Below are positions 1 to 11,453 of a stretch of DNA of 64,000 bases, piece after piece. The translations under genes were made by a program, and so were the position numbers. Every line of letters begins with the position of its first letter. Within the stretch, counting starts at the first letter, position 1. The notes beneath the pieces are model-generated. The model did not search any database and was not told where the DNA came from. It worked only from the letters and a program-made list of their open reading frames with translations. This DNA is from Amoebophrya sp. A120 (Eukaryota > Protista > Dinoflagellata), in assembly GCA_905178155.1 (NCBI GenBank), contig CAJINV010000001.1, positions 1,035,326 through 1,099,325 on the forward strand. The letters run 5' to 3'.

Positions 1-3000
1 ACAAGATACTCTTCCTGTTTTCGTCGAGCGCCAGCTTGTTGATCTCCCGCGTGAGCTCCTCGATGGTTGCAGGTCTGTCAAGATCACTTCCACCTTCGGT
101 CTTCTCGCCGAGGACGCGGAATTCCGTCACTGGTGGGAGGGAATCAGGACTGTTGTCTATCTGCATAGAATTCATGTCGTCCGGCTGCTGCAAATAACCC
201 TGCTCCGGTGCGCCGCGGGTCTGCTCTGTCCACCGCCGCATATCGCTATCCACGTCGCTGCGGAACTTTTGACAGATGGTTTGCATCTCAGCCGAGAAGG
301 CCGCGCGCGCGCGCCGGCCGCAGCACGCCCGCGAACACACTTTCCGCGCCTGCGCGGCCAAGCCCTTCACCGCGGCGCTGCACAGGCTGGAGAGACTTTG
401 CTCCCAAATCAAATCGCAACCTTCAACCCGGACATTCCACTGGTCCGGCCGGCCGGTCTTCGCAAACACGCTGCCGCCCGTGAAAATGAATCCCAGGGGA
501 AAAAGCGTATGCGGGTTCACCAGGGCCGCGCTCTCCGCTCTTGCAGGACTTATTGATGTTGCCACGGTCGGATTTATATTTTCCTTGTTGGCAGGTGGTG
601 ACGATGTTGCGGACTGATAACTTCCTTCCCTCGTCGTGAGGTCGTTGTTTCCTTGCAAAAACCCGCGCTCAACTGCGGGCGAGGAAGCGGTTGCAGCAAA
701 ATTTGCCTGATCATCAACATGAACTACATCATCATCATCATCCCGAACAGCATCCACTGCCACTTTTGATGAAGAGGCGCCAAAATCATCATCCGCAGGA
801 GTATCAGCGCCGGCACTCGGCTCGGACACCTCCGTTGTCTCGGGCGACGGGTTTTGACTCAATTCCGGAGCATTATCGCCACGAGGACCGGGAGTTGTAT
901 TTTTACACGAAGATGGCACGTCCCTACAAGAGATCTCCTGTGGTTGTTCACAACTCGGAGTTGTAGATGACTCTCCGCTTGTCTTCAGGGCGGTGAACAT
1001 TTCCGGGGGTACTAGCCTGAGGTGCTTGGTGGTGGGGGTGGTGGAATAAAGGCTCAGATCCAGGTCCCGGCGGAGGTGCAGGTACTCCCGAAACCATTCG
1101 CCCGTACGCAGGTGGGCCCGATACTCTAAGCTCGCGGCGATGCGTTGCTTGGCGAACTCGTCATCGTCCGCTTCTATCTTAGCCCTTTGCGCCGCCGACG
1201 GGCGGTCCTTCGGCTCGCTCTTTGGCGAGGGCCAGTGTTCAGGGTCGCGCATCTCGCGCTCCACCGCCTCCGCCGCGGCTCGGAAAACCTTTTCCAGGTC
1301 ACGAATGCTGAGAAGTGCTGCGCGACCCGGGCCAGTATTCGCAGAGGTTTTACTATTTTTCCCCCCTACTGTTGATGTTGTCGCTCCGCCTGCTTCTGCT
1401 GGTTTTGTTGCCGAAGGGTTAGCATTTGATGCCTGTCCTCCTGACGATTGGTCGACCTGACGGTCCGGAACAAGCCGCAAATGCTCTACCAGCCGGGCCA
1501 AACTATTCCCCGGGCACCCGAGATGCTGGGACTTGGTGCTCGGAATGCTGTTCGTGTTCCCCCCGCCACGCACGATTTGCTCCGCGATCCACTGGCCGTC
1601 CTGTGTAATATCACAGAGAAAAAAGCTATAGTAGCAGGGCATATAATTTGTATTGCAAAAATGAATACACAGAAAAATTTGTCATGGGCGGCCCCATAGA
1701 ATGCTGGTTAAGATGAAAGATTTTTCTGTGTCTTCCTCTTCATTTACTTTTTTGCATTACAAATATAACCTGCCTGGTGCTTTTTTCTGCGTGATACGCG
1801 AGGGCCACTAGCCAAAAGAAGTACCGCCTTTCCCGCACATTCATCGCGATCGCGCGTTTCGTCCTGCGCCCCGCGAATTTCTGTTCCTCCTTCTTGCGCT
1901 TGCCCGCGGTCACCGGAGCAGCGGGGCTGAAGACCTCGTAGACACTCCGCAAACCGGGAACTTCGGAGAGAAATCGCTCTATCAGCGCGCGCTCGGCAAC
2001 CAAGTGATGCACCTGTAGAAGGATCGTCTGAAACAGAATCAGCATACTGCCGAGCAGATAACAGGCACTCCCCGTCATCGACCGCTCATCCACTAGGCTC
2101 GACAGTGCCGCTCCTGGCTGGTCGTTAATATTATTCGTTTCATCTCTACTACGTCCTCCGCCGCCGGGGGTCGTGACCGCTGGGACCGGACCCACACCCG
2201 CGTTCTTCGGTACCACCGCCCAATTGCGCTTTCCGTACTCGATGCCCGGCCCCAAGGAGATCACGTTCGTCGCACTGCGCTTGCGCAACAAGCGCAGCAC
2301 CGGAGCGAGCAACACCACGACAATGCTTTCCGCGGCCTGTAGCCCCCCGTGCGCGGCGAGGTCGAAGAACGTGGCGGCCGCCGGAGTTTGAGTTGATGCC
2401 CCCTCGCCTCCTCCTGCCCCCGCGAGTTCCCGCGACTCCGCGAAGTCGTATCCTGAGTAAAAACGTCCCCACCCCATAGTCAAGTTGGTAAATCTGCAAC
2501 ACAAATCTGCCAGGTTTGGGAGTTATGCATGACAAGTTTCCATCTGCAGTGTAGTGCTGGTTAGCAAGGGAAGCTGCATGAGAAAGCCACTTTCTCATCC
2601 TGTTTACAGCATTACAGATTCCAAAACACGATTGGGAATGCCTCTCGTAGAGCTGCGCATTACAAACATTCCTGTAATCGCAAATCTGCATGACAACTCT
2701 GGGGTGGGGATGTTTTTACGCAGGATAAGTCGGCGGCGATGCTTTGCGCGATCGGGCCCAGGTGGTGCGCGAAGCTGCTGCAGCCGCTATCCTATGTAAC
2801 AACGCCCCCACCCCAGAGTCAAGATGGGGAATCGGCTAGGCAAATCCACAGGTTTTGGCTGCTTTGCATGACACATTTGCACTCGTAGTGTACTACTGTT
2901 GTTTGAGGTAGTTCAGCAGCATCACAACTCTGGTATATCATGCTGATTGGAGCATGACAAATTTCAAAACAGGGCTAGCTACCGCTTCTCATGGGGCTGC

Positions 3001-6000
3001 TCATGAGAAACATTTTCAGCATGCAGATTTGAATTACAAGTGGGGACGTTTTCCAATACGATACCCGCCGAGCTGACTGTTCGTGGCCGTGGCGAGCCAG
3101 TTCCAAGCCACGACCCGGTGATCGGATCCCTGGAGCTATCAAATGCAAATATGTCTGGGGCTGGGAGATTGCAGGACTTGTCATGCAGGTTTTCCATGAC
3201 CAAGGACATCTGGAATGCGGGGCCTAGCATGACAGATTCTTTGGTGTCTCTATCATGCCTATCCTGCATGAAAAACTCCCTCTTTCTTAACTTGGCCGAA
3301 AGTGGACAGCTTTTGGCACTCATGCAACACAGATTTTTGCATGCTTCAGATTTAGCATGACAAGCTGCATCTTTCCTGACCCAGACGTATTTTCATTTAA
3401 TAGGAGCAGGCTGGTGATCGCCCCCTCCGCCCCGCGGTGCTCCCTCAGCGCGGCCTCCGCGCTCTCCCTTAGCTGCGGTGGTACAACGTCTGCTGCGAGG
3501 ACTGCTGCTGCGTCACGACTCTCCTCTTTTGCACTTCCACCCGCTCCTCCGGTTGTTCGCAAGGCAACAAACGGGTTGCGTTCTTCGTCGTCCGCGGGCC
3601 ACGCTTCGCGGAACAGGGGCACCTTCGCGGGCCCGGGCAGCGACAGTGAGGCCAGCGCGTGCATCATTCCAGAGTGACACCTATGGATTGCAAATATGTC
3701 TGGTCTGAAAGGATGGAACTTGTGATGCTGCATTTGGATTCTACAATGAATCCGTATTGCATGAACAGCAAAAGAGGTCCGATTTTTGCTATGCGGAGAG
3801 GGCATTTCTTCATGCGGTATGAGCATCAGAAAGCCCTCGCAGAATCTCTGGTGCTAGGGCAGGCATCACAGACCCTATGGGTCAAGGTCATGCACAATCT
3901 GCATGACAAACTCCTGCATTCTTCCAGACCCAGACATTTTTGCAACACATAACACCGTCCGCGGCCGTACCGCGAAAACAAAATCCGTCTCTCCCGCACC
4001 CCCAGACTCTCGGCAAATTCCGGCCACACGCCCTGCTGCACCTTGGCGAGCCACTGCAGCTCGTCTATGTGGCCTTTCAGATCGTCATGCTTCAGGTCGT
4101 GATGTTGTTCAGAATTCTCCTGATCATGTGGTGGAAAAGTCTGATGCTTATGATTTTCCGCCCCGACACTGGTGCTCAAATCCGTCCAATTTTGGAACTG
4201 TCGTCCCTCATCTTCCGGCCCGGCGAACGAAAACGCTTGCGCCAAAGTGACGCGAAAGGCGGCCAACGCCTCCACGACGTTGTCCCGGTGCCACGGGAGC
4301 AGGAGGTTCTTGTTACCGCTACTGTTTATTTCATCGTCTGTGAGTAGTTCTTGCACCGGAAAAAATTTTTCCGCTCTAGAAGAAACATCAGGGCCCTGGA
4401 GATGATGAGACGTGGATTTATTTTCCTCGTCAGGAACTGCAACGTCGCTCTCAAGACGCCTTTTCTTGTTAGCCCTGCTGACCAGGAGCCCCGTGTGGTG
4501 CAGGAACGCGTTGCTGCGGCGCAACAGCGCGCGTCGGTCCGCGGGCGTTGCGTCGCGGAGAAACGCCTTGGTAAAAGCATCGACGGTGTCCTCTTCGTCG
4601 CCTTGTAGCTCCAAGAGACGGCGAAGCACCACCCAAATCAGCAGCCGCGCGTTCCCCAGCATGTTGCTCTCATTCGCCACCTGCTTCGCACGCTCGTTGC
4701 CCTGCTGGCCGGTCGCGGCCTCCGTCGCCTGGATACCAAAATGAAAAATCCCCCCTCCCCATATTGAAACGGAAACTTCTGTTGCTGGATTTGTGTAAGT
4801 ACGCAAATCAGCCCTGTCTTGCAGCGAGGCACTGCAGGCAAAGCCTCAGCCTGCGTAGGGGTGTTTTGTTGTAGGCGCTTGGCATAGGAGAGGCCTGCCA
4901 TGTAGGTGAAACAGCATTACAAATCGCCTCCATAAGGCGGTGGATTCTTTGGGTTTGCCTTTTTGCAAGACAGATGTGATTTGTGACCTCAAATCCGCAA
5001 CACAACTTTTTGGAAACATACCTTTTCGATATGGGGAGGGGGGATTTTTCCTTGCAATACTGGAGGATCTGTCGCTTCTGGTCCTCCACCGTGGCCATGG
5101 TTTCCAGGAGCCCCATATCGAATGCAAATGTGTCTGGGTCTGGGAGATTGCAACCTGTCATGCTAAATTTGAATCATGCAAAAATCTGTGTTGCTTGAGT
5201 GCCAAAAGCAGTCCACTTTCGACGAAGTTGGGACGGCGCTTCTCATGCAGGAGAGGCATGACACAGACATCACAGAGTCTGTCATGCTTGGTCCCGCATT
5301 CCAGACCTCATGGATCATGGAAGACCTGCATGACAAGTTTACGCTCTTCCAGACCCAGACATATTTGCAATGCATACCCCACCCCGGCGTACAAAAAGTG
5401 CGTCGCGTGCGCCACGTACCGATCTGCGAGTTGCTATCCTGAGCAAAAACGTCCCCGATCCCAGAGTTGTTTATACAGATCTGCAGGCTTAAAATGTCTC
5501 TCATGCGAAGCCTCATAAGACACATTTTCTAGTGGTCTTTATTTGAGATAGTAATTTGCAATGCTCGAAAGATAAGCATGGTAAGCTAGATCTGCGATGC
5601 TGCTGCACTTGCTAAGCCCAAATTTGTCATGCGCAACTAGCTTGGTGATTTGTCTAGCAGATTTCCCATCTTGACTCTGGCGAGGTGGGGACGTTTTTAC
5701 CTATGATAGCTGCACCAACCCCTGGCTTAGGCCGCCGAACGGGCCCACGTCGCCCCAGTTTTTTGCAGTCACGTCCATCATGGCACCGCACAACAGCTGC
5801 TCGTTGTGGCTGCGCTGCAAGCTGGACAGCACGCAGACCCGCAGAAAAAACCGCAGCGTCGGCAAAACCCGCTCGGCCAAGTGCCGTCGACAAGAGACGG
5901 AAACAGCCCAAGGGTCCGCTGCTGTGCTGCTTCGCGCACCAGCTGCAGGACCACTCTGAGTCTGGCCTGTCGGCGGTGCAGGAGGACCCGCTCCTGTGCC

Positions 6001-7891
6001 GCCGGTGGAACAGCAATCCATCGCCGTAGTTATAATTTCACCCGCACCACTCGTGGTGTGCTCGACTACCGTACCCGCCGATACCTCGCTGGTTTGCAGC
6101 TGTCGCTTCTGTTCACGCTTTTTCGCATACTTCTCCCGTCTCGACAGCTGTGCTGCGCCTACGGAAGGAGGCTGTAGTTCTTGGTCGCGCGGCTCTTCCG
6201 CCTGCTCAATCCTGTCTGGATCTGTTGTTCTTATCGTGCTATCACCCCGCCCCCGCATTCCGCTCAGGCCGACGTTCGTGCGTTTCGGCGGTTCAACCAG
6301 GAGTGAGAAGCTCATTTCCAGTGAACTCAACAAAGTCAGCGTCCGGGAGGTCTCGCCCACTCTCTGCGCGCGGGAGAGTAGACTCCCCGGCTCCTGACGT
6401 AGGTGATGTCCTCCTCCACCAGAATCAATATAAACGGATGGTGCAGCAGGAAGTGCTTCTGTGCCACGATCTGTTCCACCACCGCTCCATCCCGACTTCT
6501 TTCGCAGTCGTCTGTAGCCCCTGGTGGGGCCTAGGTGCTCCTCGGAGAAAAATCCGGCGTGCGCGAGCTGGAACGCGGTGATCAGGTACCGCAAGGCCTG
6601 CGCCTGCTGGTCCGCGTCCGCGGCTTCCGGGCCCTCGCTTTCGCTCGCGATGGCCTCCACCCCGGGGAAGTTGGCCTCGCGCTCCGAAAACACGCGCGCC
6701 TGCTCCACCAACTGCTGCACCGTGTCGAAGTAGCGGGGGAGGGGCAGGCCCAGTAATTCCGCCCGGGTTTCCTCTCCCAGCCCCAGGCACTCCTCCTCCT
6801 GGTTTTCCCACTCCGGGATGGGCTGCGCCAGCAGGTCACTCACAAACGCCGGCGGCACGTCTTCTAATGGAAATTGCAACAAAAGGAACCCGTGCTTGGG
6901 TGGGGCGGCGGGTCCGAGGTGCCACTGGTCGGGCGCCCCGGGCCCGTCGCAGATGCTCCGTTGAAACGCAGCCTCCACGTTGCGCGTCACGCCGGGCGCG
7001 AACCAGCCGCGCTTCGCGGGCTGGGTCAGAATGCCGAGTCCGAAAAAACGCGACGGGGGTGCGGCTTCCTCCTGGCAGGACCTCCCCGGGGCGGCGGCAA
7101 CCGCGCGATCGATCAGACCCTGCAGGCTACCCGCTTCCAACGCGCGGCGCTCCACGAGTTCCAGCCCGAACAGATTGGTCACCTGTGATAAAAACATCAA
7201 ATGTATAGGAGGTCCTCCACTGAGAACGATAGCAGTAGTACACAGTGGTGCAGGTAAAACTAAAAGCATCTTCAAGCGCAGAAGGAACCACGATCGCCGC
7301 CGTAACAAGAACTACATGAGCAGCCCGGCCCTGGATTCGGATCCATCTATCAGCCCTCAATATCTATTTCTATTCATTCATGAGCGCCCTCTTCGTGTAT
7401 TTTTGACTTAGGTAGAACCTTGCACCGGCGTGAGAATCTAATCTTCGCTTGTCACATGTCAATATTTTTTGAGTCAACCACACCAGCAAACGTGAACAAT
7501 TACAATTTACCTTCACCGCTGTCCCCCGCAAAAGACCGACAACGTCTAATGCAGCGGCTTTTTCCTCCTCCGCTTCCCCTGCACTTTTCCAGAACGCATC
7601 GCTCCTCAGATCCGCTTCGACCCAAGATGTCGCAGGAGCTGCCGCGTGCTCTTTATTCCCTACTACAACTTCTTTGGACGACAATTTGCCGCTCGCAGTT
7701 GCCGCAGCCCGGCCTACTGACCCTTCCCGCGAGGAGGGCCCTGCTGCGACAACGCATTGGCTCTTGCCCTGCTCCTGGTCTACTGCTCCGGTGAACAGGC
7801 AGAGCAACCACAGGCGGACCTTTGCCGCGAAGGAGGAACGACCATTTTTCCGCGCGCTCGTGCCATGGCCGTGGGATTGCGTCCGAGTCAT
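1..7891 (-). CDS. Large multi-exon hypothetical protein (3' end runs off the window)
   Basis: ATG at 7891; GT-AG intron 7183-7510 (AVK|VTNL). Seven TIR elements (5435, 5116, 4734, 3682, 3137, 2788, 2449) each restore the frame when removed with one DR (e.g. LVQ-LADRY, AGVG-LLET, QILQ-ATEA, GRC-HSGM). Probable GT-AG intron 1457-1769; frame then open to position 1. No recognisable domain. Confidence 0.75.
2449..2727. mobile_element. TIR introner family B
   Basis: TATCCTGAGTAAAAACGTCCCCACCCCA...TGGGGTGGGGATGTTTTTACGCAGGATA; DR AGTCG/AGTCG; frame restored (AAD-FAES). Confidence 0.9.
2788..3063. mobile_element. TIR introner family B
   Basis: B-type TIRs; DR GCCGC/CCCGC; frame restored (LGG-CSSF). 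Confidence 0.85.
3137..3402. mobile_element. TIR introner family A
   Basis: TATCAAATGCAAATATGTCTGGG...CCCAGACGTATTTTCATTTAATA; DR GGAGC; reverse orientation relative to the 5116 copy. Confidence 0.9.
3682..3951. mobile_element. TIR introner family A
   Basis: A-type TIRs; DR ACACC/ACACC. Confidence 0.9.
4734..5059. mobile_element. TIR introner family C
   Basis: TACCAAAATGAAAAATCCCCCCTCCCCATAT...ATATGGGGAGGGGGGATTTTTCCTTGCAATA; DR CTGGA. Confidence 0.9.
5116..5376. mobile_element. TIR introner family A
   Basis: A-type TIRs; DR CCCCA/CCCCA. Confidence 0.9.
5435..5708. mobile_element. TIR introner family B
   Basis: B-type TIRs; DR GTTGC/GCTGC; reverse orientation relative to the 2788 copy. 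Confidence 0.88.
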
Positions 7892-8076
7892 TCTCTGACG
7901 CTAGGAAAACCTGTGCTGCACTGCGAGATACCGCTCCGTCAGCATGTGCGCGATGGCGACGGGCGGAGCCGGAAGCTGCAACGGCTTCGAGATACAAAAA
8001 TAAGTAGCCCAGTGAATATACAACAAGATCCTACACACTACCTCCTCTGGAGTCCGACTCTGAACTGCCGAATACA

Positions 8077-8180
8077 ATGTAGCAAAAACCAAAACGTAAG
8101 TGGTTGTAGCAAAAACCAAAACGTAAAGTTAGTTGCGAGGGGAGATGCAAGGGCGAAAACCAAAACGTAAAGTTAGTTGC
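8077..8180. repeat. Three imperfect copies of AAAACCAAAACGTAA(A)GT
   Basis: Copies near 8084, 8111 and 8156, about 200-290 bp upstream of the 7891 ATG. Confidence 0.7.
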
Positions 8181-8936
8181 AGTGTGAAGATAAAACAAAC
8201 ACAAACTGCTACCAAACGCTAACAAAAGTAACCTGGAACTGTTTCACTTACGTGGCAATATATAAAGTCACCGGAATATTAAAAATAGCTACACATACCT
8301 TTTTAGGTTGGTTCACCTTGTTTCTCAATACGAAGATCTCGCGAAAACCGAAATTAATAGTATTGCACGATCGTGATACACCACGAGGGGACTGCGAAAA
8401 AGACTACTTACATCAAGATCAAGATGGAGCTGCGATCTCCTGCATTATCACTGTTCTGATACAAACTTGCCACGAAGAGTAGATCTTTTTTCGACGTCCT
8501 TGCTCTACTAGTTACACGATCTGGTGACTAATCGATACGGGCGGCCGGCACGACTGATGAAGCAGCTTCTAGTACAACACACTGATCTTTTTGCATTCTT
8601 GGATGAAAAAATAGATCTTCGGCTGGCAGTGGCAAGCCGCAATAATAATTCGTGAAAACGACAGAGACAGACGAGAGGCCGTTACCTATCTTCATTCTTG
8701 CTGAGCTGCAGTATCACGCACAGAAGGAATATTCTGAAATCACTTTTATTATAGCAGTACATCTTTGGTACCTCGCACTGGCTCTATTGTCATCAAATTC
8801 ATTGTTGGTCGCAACATAGTTCCAGATGGTATCATCCACGAGCGAGAGACAATCAACCGTCGCGACGCCGGCAGGCGCAAGAAAAATAGTTCCCGACAAA
8901 AATTCCTTTACAGATGAAAAGAAAAGCACGTCCCTA

Positions 8937-10442
8937 TTAACGCCCGGGAACGCGCTTGGCGCCCTGTGAAGCTCCCGCTACGACGGTTTTCTTCCCGCAG
9001 CTTCCCATGCTACCCGCACCCCGTCTCGTCCCGCGAGCGTCGGCAGAACCGCCACCAATTGTGTGTATGTTCGCCTGTCCCGGCGTGCACGTCGCAGGTG
9101 GCAAGTCGCACTCTTTGTCCTTCCCCACGACCCGCCGGGCCTTCTCTACGCGCTCCCGTTGTTCGTCCGTCATAGTGCTCTTGCCGACGTCCTCCAGGCG
9201 ACGTGCGGTTGTGCCTATGAATTGCAAAAATGTTTGGGTCTGGAAGATTGAAGCTTGTCATGCTAAAACCAAATCATGCAAAAATCTGTGTTGCATGACT
9301 GCCAAAAGCTGTCCTCTTTCGACCAAGTTGGGTGGGAGTTTCTCATGCAGGATAGGCATGGCAGAGACCTCGCAGACTCTGTCATGCTAGGTCCTGCATT
9401 CCAAACCTCATGGGACATGGAAAATATGCATAAGAAGTTTGCACTCTTCCAGACCCAGACATATTTCCATTTGATAGTGCCCTGGCTCTGTCGGTACGCC
9501 GCCGTGGTGTTCCGCAGCGTGCTGCTGGACGAGGCTGCGGATGCGCGTCCGGCAGCTGCTGGTTGTGGCACAATATCAGCCAGTGTCTTCACGTTATTTC
9601 TATTTTTCATCCCGTCACCCGCAACCTTAGGCTTTTCCGATCCGCGGGCCGCGTTCAACGCGGCGTTGTCACCTGACGAATCACGAGAAAATGCGCGAAA
9701 CACACATTCAGGATCAAGCGAAACTCCGTTTCAAGGTAGGGAACCCTTAATATCAGGCAGCGCTAGTGGCGATTTTCGTAGCAGTACTAGAGGGAGCCAC
9801 CCTACAACCTATTGCAGAAGCAGCACAAGATAAATATCGAACGATACGAGGTCGTTGGGACGCGGGTGGGACTCTCTCCCTCGCATTCGCCCGTCGAACT
9901 TCCCCTTCCGCGCTGTGGTGCGCCCCGTACAGCGACGAGAGCTCTCCGCGCACAGTGGCGGCGACCGTGCTACTACCGTCATCAGCGCCCGCTGCGCTTC
10001 CCCTTGTGGCGGTTCTCCCGCTGTTTGCCACGGCCCGGCGGCTCTCCTCCACCGATACCGCTGCGCGGCCCGCAGAGGGCGTGAAGCCGACGGCACCTGC
10101 TTTCTGCAGCCGGTTCGAATGCACTGTCTGGCCCGTCCCGAGCACGCGCGCGCCTTCCCGGATGCGCGTCGGTGCTGTTGGAGGTGTTGCTCCCTGAGCG
10201 CTGGACACCGCACCAGCATTCCCTTTCGATTCAACAATCGCCCCCGGTGCGCGTTTTTGCCCAGACGCTGTCAGTATTTCCGGAACTACTTTGCTCCGCG
10301 AACCATGAGTTGCCTGCTGTACTGACGGGCCTTCGCTTGCGCCTCCAGTTGTAGGTAGTTCTGTTGCCTCCTTGTTCCCATAGCAGGCAGAATTCAGCAG
10401 CTTTGCCAGGCGCGCCTCTCGATCTAGCATTCCTGTCGGCAT
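8937..10442 (-). CDS. Low-complexity Ala/Ser/Gly/Arg-rich hypothetical protein
   Basis: ORFs 9753-10490, 9263-9703 and 8937-9227; the last two join in frame (SQGT-TARR) after removing the 9216 element; junction near 9750 unresolved. Confidence 0.5.
9216..9476. mobile_element. TIR introner family A
   Basis: A-type TIRs; DR GTGCC/GTGCC. Confidence 0.9.
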
Positions 10443-11453
10443 GGTGGTTTGGACGAATCTAAATTTGACAAACGTAGTTTCGGCGTTCAAGAATCTCTAC
10501 ACTGTACGAATGAAACCGTGACTACGACGTAAGAGCAGACACAGAAAAACACTTCCAACGAGCTCTCACGTTTGAAAATTTGTAAACCGAAATTCTCTGG
10601 GCAGTTTTGGAAGCACCTAGCGCTTTGCAATTCCGAGACCCACTCGACGATTCCTCTCTCAGAGCGCTCTGCGAAAGAACCTGAAACAAACGATAATCCT
10701 GAGAACATCAGACAACCACGAATACGAAGGAAAAACCAAGCGAACCGCGGCCTTTGCGATAAAGCGAGAATCAATGCTTGACTTGCATCCATCAGAACAA
10801 TGGAAAAGCGAACTCTAAATGAACAAGATGAAGATTTCTATTTTTTACCCAAAAAAAATTGCACCATAAGAAACTCCTGTGCCGCGACATTTGAATTTTT
10901 CTTCCGTCATACTATCTTCTGTGAAACTGAACCGCCCGCCGTTTTCGAAGGTCCAAGAATGTAAACCCCAAGTATTGTGCATAGCTTTTTCTGCGAAAAA
11001 GGTCTAGCCCTCAAAATGCTTTCTTCCTTGCCATCATCGTCATCTCGGGATTTTGCCAATTGTCATCTCTAAAGTTTTAAAAGTGAAAGTGTCATCTCTG
11101 AAAAAATAGGGTTTCTGCCATCGATAAATTAACTACAAACCAAAAATGCCTTGCCATCATCTGAGAAAATAGGTTTTTGTACAGAAAGTCACCTTCAAAA
11201 GCTAGCCTTCTCGTTCTGAAAGCTATACCAAAAATCGTACATTATTGAGGCGCTATTCTTAGCCCGATCTGCTGCGATATGTTGAAAATTAGACCTTGCC
11301 AAAGTAGCGTACTGATCCCACGACGCAGCAGCTTATTTCTCATGTGTGGTATTATTCTATTCATTTGAAACGGCACCGCAGCAAAAAATGACGCGTCTGA
11401 GCGTATTAGCGAACTTCGGTTCACGCGGAATCCCTCCTCATCAGCAAGGAGTT

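Noticed and set aside
1486-1600. Alternative terminal exon using the AG at 1601-1602
   Set aside because: Gives an early stop, whereas the acceptor at 1457-1458 joins a frame open for more than 480 codons. It cannot be fully excluded without RNA data.
7183-7308. Signal-peptide-like N-terminus of ORF 5701-7308
   Set aside because: Falls inside a GT-AG intron (7183-7510) whose removal joins the upstream exon in frame.
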